Positions 28,223 to 36,397 of a stretch of 40,067 bases of DNA are shown piece after piece. The stretch is taken from NCBI GenBank assembly GCA_031459535.1, contig JAVKIJ010000020.1, positions 1 through 40,067 of the forward strand, in the 5' to 3' direction. Both the position numbers and the translations under genes were made by a program. Each line of letters begins with the position of its first letter. Position 1 is the first letter of the stretch. Below the pieces are notes generated by a model. The model saw only the letters and a program-made list of their open reading frames with translations. It searched no databases and was not told the origin of the DNA. The stretch is from Candidatus Fervidifonticultor quintus (lineage in GTDB: Bacteria; Sysuimicrobiota; Sysuimicrobiia; Sysuimicrobiales; Humicultoraceae).

Positions 28223-29117
28223 GGCCCGCCACGGCGCGGGTTCTCCCCGGCGGGCGCCGCCCCTCGGGGCGCTGGGGGCCTTCGTGCGCCTCCACCCTCT
28301 GGCGGCCGCCGGGGGGGGCATTGTGTTCGCGTTCCTCCTGACCGGCCTACTCGCCCCCGTGCTGGCTCCGCAGGATCCCAATCAGATCGACGTGCAGGCC
28401 ACGCTGCGCCCGCCGTCGCGGATCCACCTGCTGGGGACGGACAACCAGGGCCGGGATCTCTTGAGCCGCGTCATCTTCGGGGCGCGCATGTCTCTGCTCA
28501 TCTCCCTGACGTCGGTGGGGAGCGGCGGGATCGTCGGCGTAGCCATGGGGACGGTGGCGGCGTACTATCCCCGCCTCGATGCCCCCCTGATGCGCCTGAC
28601 CGACGTCCTGCTGGCCTTCCCCGGAATCGTCGTGGCCCTGACCATGATCTCCATCCTGGGGCGGGGATTAGCGAACCTCATCGTGGCCATCGCCATCGTT
28701 CAAGTGCCGCAGTTCGGACGACTCGCCTACGGGCTGACGCTGGCGGCAAAGGAACGCGCCTACGTTGAGGCGGCCGTGGCACTGGGAGCCTCCGACCTGC
28801 GTATCTTGACGCGCCACATCGTACCCAACTGTCTGGCGCCGATCATCGTCCAGGTGAGCCTGCTGATCCCGGGCGCCATCATGACCGCGGCCACGCTGAG
28901 CTTTCTGGGGCTGGGCGTCCCGCCGCCGACGGCCGAATGGGGAGCCATGCTGCAGCACAGCCTGCAGTGGTCGGCGCTCGCCCCGCACGTCATGGTAATC
29001 CCCGGCCTGGCCCTCATGCTGGTGGTGCTCGGCTTCAACCTCCTCGGGGACGGCCTGCGTGACGTGATGGACCCCCGGCTCAGGCGCGCGCACGGCGGCG
29101 GTCCAGGAGTGGGTTGA
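28188..29117 (+). CDS. Dpp/Opp ABC transporter permease (DppC-like)
   Basis: HLLGTDNQGRD, YVEAAVALGAS, LSFLGLG and GDGLRDVMDP motifs; start uncertain (28179 or 28188). Confidence 0.9.
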   Translation: MASSSLRSATAEARHGAGSPRRAPPLGALGAFVRLHPLAAAGGGIVFAFLLTGLLAPVLAPQDPNQIDVQATLRPPSRIHLLGTDNQGRDLLSRVIFGARMSLLISLTSVGSGGIVGVAMGTVAAYYPRLDAPLMRLTDVLLAFPGIVVALTMISILGRGLANLIVAIAIVQVPQFGRLAYGLTLAAKERAYVEAAVALGASDLRILTRHIVPNCLAPIIVQVSLLIPGAIMTAATLSFLGLGVPPPTAEWGAMLQHSLQWSALAPHVMVIPGLALMLVVLGFNLLGDGLRDVMDPRLRRAHGGGPGVG

Positions 29118-29141
29118 CCGCCGCCGCCCCTCCGCGCCGCC

Positions 29142-29182
29142 GGCGGGCGCCCGCGACCTTCCCGGCCGGCCGGGCGCCTGCC
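29142..29182. other. GC-rich stem-loop downstream of the minus-strand SBP gene
   Basis: GGCGGGCGCCCG (29142-29153) pairs with CGGGCGCCTGCC (29171-29182) with one wobble/mismatch; no U-tract on either strand. Confidence 0.45.
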
Positions 29183-29190
29183 CACCTAGC

Positions 29191-30813
29191 CTACCGCTGC
29201 CGCTTCCAGGCGTACTTCACGACCCAGAGGTTGTAAGCCGGGTCGAGGTAGACACCCTCGACCTCCTGCTTCATCGGCGCCTGCATGACGATGTCGAAGA
29301 GCAGGATCCCGGGCGCGTCGCGGACCACCTGCTTGATGATCTGCGCATAGTAGAGTGAGTTCCGGCCCGCCAGGTTCCGGGCCTTCTTGGAGTCCTCGAT
29401 GAGCTGCTCCACCTGGGGATTGGAGTAGTGCGAGTAGTTGAACCCATTGGGCGGGAAGTCGGCGGCGCGGTAGAAGCCGAGCATGATGTACTCGGCGTCG
29501 CCGGTGAAGGTGTTGTTGGCCAGGTTCAACATGTCGTACTCGACCTGGACGCCGCCCGGTGCGTTCAGCCGGGCCAGTAGGGTAGCCGAGTCGTGCACCA
29601 CCAGCTGCACGTCCACCCCCACCGCCTTGAGCATCCCCTGCACCAGCTCGGCGATCTCGAAGTCACCTGGGGCGGAGCCCTTCCGGGTCACGTAGACGGG
29701 GCGCAACGGGACGCCGTCCTTGACGCGGACGCCCCCGGGGCCCACGCGCCACCCCGCCTCATCGAGCAGGGCGCGGGCCCGCTCCGGGTTGTAGGGGTAC
29801 CCGCCGCCGTTGGTCCAGCCGTTCACCCGGGGTCCAAAGAGCCAGGCCGTCGCCGGGCGGCCGTTGCCCAGCAGCACCGTGCGGATGATGCTCTCCTTGT
29901 CCACGGCGTAGTTCAAGGCCTGCCGCACCCGCACGTCACTCATGAGCGGGCGTCGGGTGTTGAGGTAGATGACATACTGCCGGGAGCCGACGCCCTCCAG
30001 GACCTTGACGCCTCGGGCGCCCTTCAAGCGGGCCGCATCGGGGAAGGCGACCTCGCGTGCGATGTCCACGTCCCCGGCGGCTAACATCGTTGCTCGCGTG
30101 TTGATGTCGTCCACCACCCGGTAGACGATCTCGTCGAGGTAGGGCAGGCCTGGCCGCCAGTAGTTGGGGTTCCGCCGCAGGCGCACGAGCTGGTTGGGCC
30201 GGAACTCCGCCAGCACGAAGGGCCCCGTGCCCGACGCCTGCAGGCGCAGACCCTCGTCGCCCACGCGCTCCGAGAAGGTCGGGCTGTACATGGCCAGGTT
30301 CCCCAGCGAGAGGATCGCCCGCAGGTGGGGGGCCGTTCGTGTCAGGTTCAGGCGCACGGTGAGTGGGTCGACGACCTCCACGCTCCTGAAGGGCAGCAGA
30401 CCGTACTGGATCTGCCGCTTCGAGATCTTGCGGTCGAAGTTCCACTTCACGGCCGCCGCGTTGAAGGGCGAGCCGTCGTGGAACCTGACGTTCGGGTGCA
30501 GCCGCAGCGTCCAGGTGAGGCCATCGGGCGAGACGCTATCCTCCCGCACGAGCAGCGGCCGGACTGTTCCCGTGGCGTCCCGCTCGTAGAGCCGCTCGTA
30601 GAAGTTGCCCACCACCTCGGTGATCAGCGTCTGCGAGACGGCGTTGGTGTCGACGTGCGGGATCCCCGGGGGGAAGGAGAGGGTCAGCGTCCCGCCCCGG
30701 ACCGGCGCGGGGGACGGGGCCGACGCGGCCTGGCCTGGCCCCCACCACACCAGCAGCAGCACCAGCGCGCCGGCGACCATCAGGTGAGCCGCAACCTGCG
30801 GTTTCTTGTCCAT
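29191..30813 (-). CDS. ABC transporter substrate-binding protein, family 5 (Dpp/Opp type)
   Basis: Signal peptide, SPDGLTWT, RFHDGSPFNA, SGTGPF and DVRVRQALNYAVD motifs; ATG 30813 preceded by AAGGGGG. Confidence 0.92.
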   Translation of the reverse strand: MDKKPQVAAHLMVAGALVLLLVWWGPGQAASAPSPAPVRGGTLTLSFPPGIPHVDTNAVSQTLITEVVGNFYERLYERDATGTVRPLLVREDSVSPDGLTWTLRLHPNVRFHDGSPFNAAAVKWNFDRKISKRQIQYGLLPFRSVEVVDPLTVRLNLTRTAPHLRAILSLGNLAMYSPTFSERVGDEGLRLQASGTGPFVLAEFRPNQLVRLRRNPNYWRPGLPYLDEIVYRVVDDINTRATMLAAGDVDIAREVAFPDAARLKGARGVKVLEGVGSRQYVIYLNTRRPLMSDVRVRQALNYAVDKESIIRTVLLGNGRPATAWLFGPRVNGWTNGGGYPYNPERARALLDEAGWRVGPGGVRVKDGVPLRPVYVTRKGSAPGDFEIAELVQGMLKAVGVDVQLVVHDSATLLARLNAPGGVQVEYDMLNLANNTFTGDAEYIMLGFYRAADFPPNGFNYSHYSNPQVEQLIEDSKKARNLAGRNSLYYAQIIKQVVRDAPGILLFDIVMQAPMKQEVEGVYLDPAYNLWVVKYAWKRQR

Positions 30814-30872
30814 CTCGAATCCCCCCTTGACCTCCACTGACTCCCAGACCCGGCCTCGGCGCCGGGCCCGCC

Positions 30873-32030
30873 TCACGCCTTGAGCTGTCGGTAGGGCCGG
30901 CCCAGCGGGGAGAGCACGCGGCCTCCCTGGGGCGTGATCTGGTAGTTGTCCGAGATCAGGAACGCGTACCCGCCCTCCAGGAGGGATGCCGGATGGAAGG
31001 AGAGCACCATGTTCTCTCGCAAGAGCTCGTCGGCAGGCGGCGGCGTGACGCCGTCGGCTTCGTCCGTCCCGATGCTGTGGCAGTCGGGCGTGTGCTTCCC
31101 GATGACAGTGTAACCGAGCTCCCGGAGGGTGCGGTCCGCAGCCCGACCGATTTCGCCGAAGGGCACCCCGGGTCGCGCCACGGCAGCGGCGGCCCTGACC
31201 GCCTCCTGCCAGGCCTCCAGGCGGCGTCCGACCTCGTCCGGGAGCGGCCCGAACGAGTAGACGCAGGTGATCTCGTGCCAGTACCCCAGCGGACCCTGGT
31301 AGACCATCTCAAACAGGATGACGTCATCCTGCCGGAGCCTGCGGTCTATGGGCGCCGGGATCGTGAAGGGGCGTTGATCGAGGGAGTACTTCGAGCGACC
31401 CCAGAAGCAGCCGCGGGCCTTCGCATAGCGCTCGGCCTCGGCCGCCGCCTCCCAGGCCGGCACCCCCGGGCGGGCGGCCTCCCCGAAGGCTTCCAGCGCG
31501 CCGACGAGGATGGCGCCGGTCTCCTCCATCGCCTTGATCTCGAACGGGGACTTGATCTGTCGGATGGCGTTCACCTGGGCGGTGAAGTCAGCGAACTCAA
31601 CACCCGGCAGGGCATCGGTCATAGCCCGGTATTCGGTCAGCGAGAGCACCGTGTTGAGGTTGGCCACGCCGACCCGTTGGCCCGGCCGGACGATTCGGCT
31701 CAGCTCATCGATCACCCGGGCGACGGGGGGGCGTTGCTCCTGGATCGTGCTCACCACCCGCGAGGTGGTGGCCATCTGCTTGGCCCACTCCGCGCCGTAA
31801 TTGGACCACATGACGACGAGCGGATCCTCGTCGTCGAGGGTCGCCAGCAGAAAGGCTCGCCCCGCCCACAGCTCCACGTTAGTGAAGTAGCGCAGGATGC
31901 CACCCATCCCGGGCGCGCCCTGCGCCACGCCCAGAAACGCGCTGACACCGTCGGTGGCCATCGCCGCTCTGAGAGCGGCCAGCCGTCGCCGGACATCAGC
32001 ACGGTGCTCTTCCGTTGGCTGTCGCTGCAT
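30873..32030 (-). CDS. M24 (creatinase/prolidase-fold) family hydrolase, paralog of 13377-14522
   Basis: Shares RYFTNV.LW.GR, IKSPFE, GCFWGRSK.SLD.RP, GPLGYW, GKHTPDCHSIG and AFLISDN with the first copy. Alternative start GTG 32075. Confidence 0.85.
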   Translation of the reverse strand: MQRQPTEEHRADVRRRLAALRAAMATDGVSAFLGVAQGAPGMGGILRYFTNVELWAGRAFLLATLDDEDPLVVMWSNYGAEWAKQMATTSRVVSTIQEQRPPVARVIDELSRIVRPGQRVGVANLNTVLSLTEYRAMTDALPGVEFADFTAQVNAIRQIKSPFEIKAMEETGAILVGALEAFGEAARPGVPAWEAAAEAERYAKARGCFWGRSKYSLDQRPFTIPAPIDRRLRQDDVILFEMVYQGPLGYWHEITCVYSFGPLPDEVGRRLEAWQEAVRAAAAVARPGVPFGEIGRAADRTLRELGYTVIGKHTPDCHSIGTDEADGVTPPPADELLRENMVLSFHPASLLEGGYAFLISDNYQITPQGGRVLSPLGRPYRQLKA

Positions 32031-32071
32031 AGCCCACCCCTTCTGCTGTTGCCACATCGGGCCTGCGGTCC

Positions 32072-33145
32072 TCACAGTGGGAAGGGCACGCCAAGCTCGG
32101 CGGCAATGGGCCGGAGCCCCTCGACGGTGTCCACGGCGACTGGAATGCCGTCCCGACGCCGCTCGAGCATCCGCCGGTACTCCGCCTCACCGGGCAGTAG
32201 AATCTCCTGCCCTGCCTGGATCGGGGTTGCGCTCTTGACCTCCCGGATCAGCTGCTCGAGGCGGTCGTAGAACGTCTCCCGCGGCGCGAAGGCTTCCACG
32301 TCAATGGCGATCAGGACGTGGCCGACATCGAAGTGTGTGTCGTCCTGGAAGACGGAGAGGCCGAACTTGGCACCCATCAGGACGCCGGTCAGCACGTCCG
32401 TCATGAAGCTGAGGCCATAGCCCTTGTAACGTCCGATCGGCAGCTGGGTGCTGCCCTCCAGGAGCTCGGCGGGGTTGGTGGTGCGGCGCCCGTCTGCGGT
32501 CAACGCGAGGTCGTCGGGGACCGGACGCCCCTCGCGGTAGGCCCACTGGATCATCCCGATACCGGACATGGTCAGGGCCATGTCGAGGATGATGGGGTAC
32601 GCGTTGCGGCGCGGCACCGCCCACCCCCAGGGGTTGGTGCCGAGCACGGCCGTCTTGGCGCCCCAGGGGGCCATCTCCGCCTTGGCGTTGGTCACCGCGA
32701 TGCCGATGAACCCGGCCTCGGCGGCGGTCTTCGCATGGTAGCCGGCGATCCCGAAGTGGTTGCTGTTGCGCACGCCCACGAGGCCGACGCCCGCCGTGCG
32801 GGCCAACTCGATGGCCCGGCGCATCGCTGTGGTGGCCGCCACGTACCCGAAAGCCTTGCCGGCATCGAGGAGCGCCGTGGCCTTTCCCTCACGCACCCAG
32901 GTCAGCGGCGCGCGCGGCACGTATCCGCCGTTCTTCACCCGCCGGTGGTAGCGAAAGAACTTCTCCAGGCCCTGCCCCTGGCCGGGATGCCACCAGAGGC
33001 TGGCCGTCGTAATACCGTCGCTAATGATCTCCGCTTCCTCGTCCGAGGCTCCCAATCCGCGGGCCAAGTCGTAGGCAAATCGCCGGATGACCGCCTCCGG
33101 GTACTTCCTGACTAGCTCCGATTTCAGCGGGGCGTGAATCTCCAC
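32072..33145 (-). CDS. Ldh_2 family (type 2 malate/L-lactate dehydrogenase-like) oxidoreductase
   Basis: RNSNHFG, LGTNP, LDMA, YKGYGL and LLPGE motifs. Confidence 0.88.
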   Translation of the reverse strand: MEIHAPLKSELVRKYPEAVIRRFAYDLARGLGASDEEAEIISDGITTASLWWHPGQGQGLEKFFRYHRRVKNGGYVPRAPLTWVREGKATALLDAGKAFGYVAATTAMRRAIELARTAGVGLVGVRNSNHFGIAGYHAKTAAEAGFIGIAVTNAKAEMAPWGAKTAVLGTNPWGWAVPRRNAYPIILDMALTMSGIGMIQWAYREGRPVPDDLALTADGRRTTNPAELLEGSTQLPIGRYKGYGLSFMTDVLTGVLMGAKFGLSVFQDDTHFDVGHVLIAIDVEAFAPRETFYDRLEQLIREVKSATPIQAGQEILLPGEAEYRRMLERRRDGIPVAVDTVEGLRPIAAELGVPFPL

Positions 33146-33200
33146 GCGCGGGCATGCCCTCCTCTCAAGCTCGAGACGGCAGGAATCTGAAGCCAGGTTG

Positions 33201-33229
33201 TGTATACTTCCAGTATGCCAATAGTATTT
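33201..33229 (-). promoter_or_regulatory. candidate operator: second copy of the triple ATAC motif
   Basis: Minus strand AAATACtattggcATACtggaaGTATACA; plus-strand GTAT at 33202, 33213 and 33224 (11-bp period). Confidence 0.65.
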
Positions 33230-33382
33230 TCACCACATTCTACATCCACAGTCGAAATCCTCCCCGCCTTCCCACGCGGAGCCAAGTGTCGAGCAGACCC
33301 GGGGGACTCCGAGGCAGGGGGTCTTCCTCTCCTCCGCTGGCTCCCGACGGCACCGTCCGGCGGTCACACACAGACGTGAACA

Positions 33383-34897
33383 ATGGGTGACCCGAGCAGG
33401 GCCCGTGCCGATCTGCTGGTCCACGGAGGCTACCTGCTAGCCATGGACGATGAGGATCGAGTCATCCCGGACGGTGCCGTCGCCATTCACGGGGATCGCA
33501 TAGTGGCCGTAGGCGAGGGCCGAGAGCTGGCTGCCCGCTTCGAGGCCGACCAGGTGATCACCGTCCCGCGCCACGCGATCCTCCCCGGCCTGGTGGATGC
33601 ATACTCCCACGCCGGCCATGGGCTGATCAAGGCCATCCACCATCCGGCCCTGGGGTGGCCGACGAACCGGCTCTACTTCCACGGCACCACGCCGGCGTGG
33701 TGGGAAGCGGAAGGGCAGCTCAGCGCCGTCGAGCGCGTGCGGTTCGGGACCACCACGGCCCTGACCGTGGTGGGGGCCACACCGGCCCGCGCCGACGACC
33801 CCGCCTATGCGGAGGCGCACATCCGCGGCGTCTCCCGGGTGGGCATTCGGGAGCTGGTGTCGGTGGGCCCGCCGGACCCCTTCATCGAGCACCTGCCCCG
33901 ACCCTGGACCGCCACGGACTGGCGGTCCGGAAGGCCCGTGGTGCGCCCGTTCTCGCACCAGCAGTGCATGGAGGTGACCGCCGACCTCGTCGCCCGCTGG
34001 CATCGCTCGCACGGCGACCGCATTCGCGTCTGCCTCCACCCCCCCTATCTCCTGGGGCGCTTCGCCGCCCACCCCAGGCTCCCGTACGTCTACGCGCCCG
34101 CCGATGAACCGGTGCTGATCGGCCACGCCGAGGAGATGCGCGCCTTTGCCGACGAACGCAAGGTGCTGATTCACACCCATGCCTTCGCCGGCTCGCTGGC
34201 CTGGGCGCGCCGTGCTCTGGGGCCGCGCCTCCGGCAGGTCCTGGGGCCGGACGTCCTCCTGGCGCACGCCAACGGCCTCAGCCCGGAGGAGGTGGCCGCC
34301 GTGGCGGAGACCGGGTGCGCCGTCGCTGCGGTGGCCACCACCGACGAGAACATTCACTACGGCGTGTGCCCGGTGGTCGATCTCCTGGCGGCGGGCGTCC
34401 GGGTGGCCATCGCGACGGACGGGAGCGCCCCCAACATGAACCTCGACCTATGGAAGGACATTCACCGGACCATGCTGCTGCAGCGCATCACGCGGCGAGA
34501 CCCGGCCGTCCTCCCGCCCGGAAAGGCCCTCCGCATGGTGACGATCGACGCGGCGCGCGCCATCGGCTGGGACGCGGAGATCGGGTCCTTGGAGCCGGGG
34601 AAGAAGGCGGACCTCATCACCGTGGACCTGGATCAGCCGCACCTCACGCCTCGCGCACACATTCCCCAGCTCCTCAGCTACTACGTGGAGGGGGCGGACG
34701 TGGCGAACGTGATCGTGGACGGACGGGTCCTCATGCGCGACCGGCGGGTGCTGACGGTGGACGTCTCCGACGCGGTGCGGTGGGCGGAGGCGGAAGCGGA
34801 GGCGGCCTTCCGCAGGGTCGACGTCCGGGAGTACTTGGCGCTCTCCCCCGCTTTCTGGCGGGCCCACACCTTTCCAGGGCGTGCGCCGCGCACGTGA
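33383..34897 (+). CDS. amidohydrolase family protein (MtaD/AtzA/SsnA-like) with atypical metal site
   Basis: PGLVDAYSH, GTTT, HTHA, LAHAN, ATDGSAPN and GSLEPGKKADL motifs. Confidence 0.87.
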   Translation: MGDPSRARADLLVHGGYLLAMDDEDRVIPDGAVAIHGDRIVAVGEGRELAARFEADQVITVPRHAILPGLVDAYSHAGHGLIKAIHHPALGWPTNRLYFHGTTPAWWEAEGQLSAVERVRFGTTTALTVVGATPARADDPAYAEAHIRGVSRVGIRELVSVGPPDPFIEHLPRPWTATDWRSGRPVVRPFSHQQCMEVTADLVARWHRSHGDRIRVCLHPPYLLGRFAAHPRLPYVYAPADEPVLIGHAEEMRAFADERKVLIHTHAFAGSLAWARRALGPRLRQVLGPDVLLAHANGLSPEEVAAVAETGCAVAAVATTDENIHYGVCPVVDLLAAGVRVAIATDGSAPNMNLDLWKDIHRTMLLQRITRRDPAVLPPGKALRMVTIDAARAIGWDAEIGSLEPGKKADLITVDLDQPHLTPRAHIPQLLSYYVEGADVANVIVDGRVLMRDRRVLTVDVSDAVRWAEAEAEAAFRRVDVREYLALSPAFWRAHTFPGRAPRT

Positions 34898-34948
34898 TGG
34901 GCGCCAAACGGTGCCTGGGATGACGACTCCTGCACGCCCGCACCCCTG

Positions 34949-36397
34949 ATGGCCTCGCCCGGCTCCGTTGCCTCAGGCAGGGAGGTGGCGGCGACGCTCG
35001 GGGCGTTTGCCGCGGCGCTGCGCTGGGAGGCTCTCCCCGCTCCGGTGCGGACGGCGGGGATCCGCCTGCTGCTCGACACGGTCGGCGTCATCCTGGCCGG
35101 GGCGGCGACCGCCCCCGGGCGACGGGTCGCGGCGGTGAGTCCGCGGCGGTGGCCGGAAGACGAGGCCACGCTGCTGGGCGTGGGATCTGTATGCTCCCTC
35201 GAGGGCGCGGCCTTCGGCAATGCCACGCTCGCCAAGATCGTGGGGATGGAGGACTCCAACCGCACTTGCGGCCACGTCGCCTCCCAGGTGGTCCCCGCGG
35301 CCCTTGCAGCCGGCGAGGCGCGGGGGGCCAGCGGCGCGGAGGTGGTCGTTGCCGTGATCGCCGGGTACGAGGTCTTCGCCCGCGTCGGGCGGGAGGTCCG
35401 GAAAGCCCACCTGGTCCGCGGCCTCGACATCAAGGGCACGGTGGGCACTATCGCCAGCGCGGCCGCAGCGGCTCGCGCCTGGCGGCTGGACGGCATCCGC
35501 ACGGCTCACGCCCTGGGACTGGCCGCCTCGCTGGCGTCCGGGCTGGAGACGTACGCGTACGATCCCGAGGGCGACACCGAGTGGCTGGTGGCCGGGTTTG
35601 CGGCCAGAAACGGCGTCTTTGCGGCGCGCCTCGCCGAGGCGGGGTTCCGGGCACCGCGGCGGGCCCTGGAGGGCCCGGGCGGGTTCGGTCAGGCGTTCGG
35701 GGAGGGCTTCGACGCCGGGCGGGCGGTGGCCGCCCTGGGGGAGTACTTCGAGGTGGAGCGCGCCGGCTTCAAGCCCCACAGCGGGTGTCGGCATGTTCAC
35801 CAGGCGGTGGACGCCGCCGTCGAGATCCGGCAGCACCTGGCCGCCGCCGGCGGTGGCCAGATCGACCCCGCCTCCATCGAGGCCGTCACGGTGGCCACCT
35901 ACCGCCACGCCGTCGCCGCTCCGTTCCGCACGACGACGACGCCCCTGAGCGCAGGCGCCGCAGGCTACAGCCTGCCGGTGGCGACGGCCATCGGCCTCCT
36001 CTTCGGCAGCTTCTACCCCGAAGACATCGCCCGCTACCAGGACCCGTGCGTACGCGCCCTGGCCCGGAAGGTCCGCCTGGCTGTCGACCCGGAGATCGAG
36101 GCCCGGCATCCGGAGTGGAACGGGTGCGAGGTGCGCGTCCGGCTACGCGGCGGGCGTGAGGTGGCGGCGCGTCTCACCCACGCTCGGGGCGAGCCGGAGA
36201 ACCCCCTCTCCGACCAGGCGCTCGCCGCGAAGTTCCGCCGCCTCGCCGGCGCCACCCTCCCGTCGCCGCAGGTCGAGGCCCTCCTCCGCCGTCTGTGGAC
36301 GCTGGACGCGGCCGAAAACATCCGCGCCGTGATGCCGCTGACCCTCCCGGGCCCGGGACCTGTCTCCACAGCGGGGGAGGACCCGCAAACGGGCTGA
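34949..36397 (+). CDS. MmgE/PrpD family protein, paralog of 14569-15978
   Basis: Shares DIKGTVG, GFAARNGVFAA, FKPH.GCRHVHQ and GYSLPVATAIGL..GSFYPEDIAR with the first copy. Confidence 0.9.
   Translation: MASPGSVASGREVAATLGAFAAALRWEALPAPVRTAGIRLLLDTVGVILAGAATAPGRRVAAVSPRRWPEDEATLLGVGSVCSLEGAAFGNATLAKIVGMEDSNRTCGHVASQVVPAALAAGEARGASGAEVVVAVIAGYEVFARVGREVRKAHLVRGLDIKGTVGTIASAAAAARAWRLDGIRTAHALGLAASLASGLETYAYDPEGDTEWLVAGFAARNGVFAARLAEAGFRAPRRALEGPGGFGQAFGEGFDAGRAVAALGEYFEVERAGFKPHSGCRHVHQAVDAAVEIRQHLAAAGGGQIDPASIEAVTVATYRHAVAAPFRTTTTPLSAGAAGYSLPVATAIGLLFGSFYPEDIARYQDPCVRALARKVRLAVDPEIEARHPEWNGCEVRVRLRGGREVAARLTHARGEPENPLSDQALAAKFRRLAGATLPSPQVEALLRRLWTLDAAENIRAVMPLTLPGPGPVSTAGEDPQTG

Noticed and set aside
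26405-28381. 658-aa minus-strand ORF and many other long overlapping ORFs (e.g. 2452-3738, 16635-18008, 19064-20467)
   Set aside because: Shadow frames of well-supported genes, expected in high-GC DNA; no family motifs recognised.
26409-29190. Recombinase-driven phase-variable inverton
   Set aside because: No inverted repeats at the inferred breakpoints and no recombinase gene in the window.
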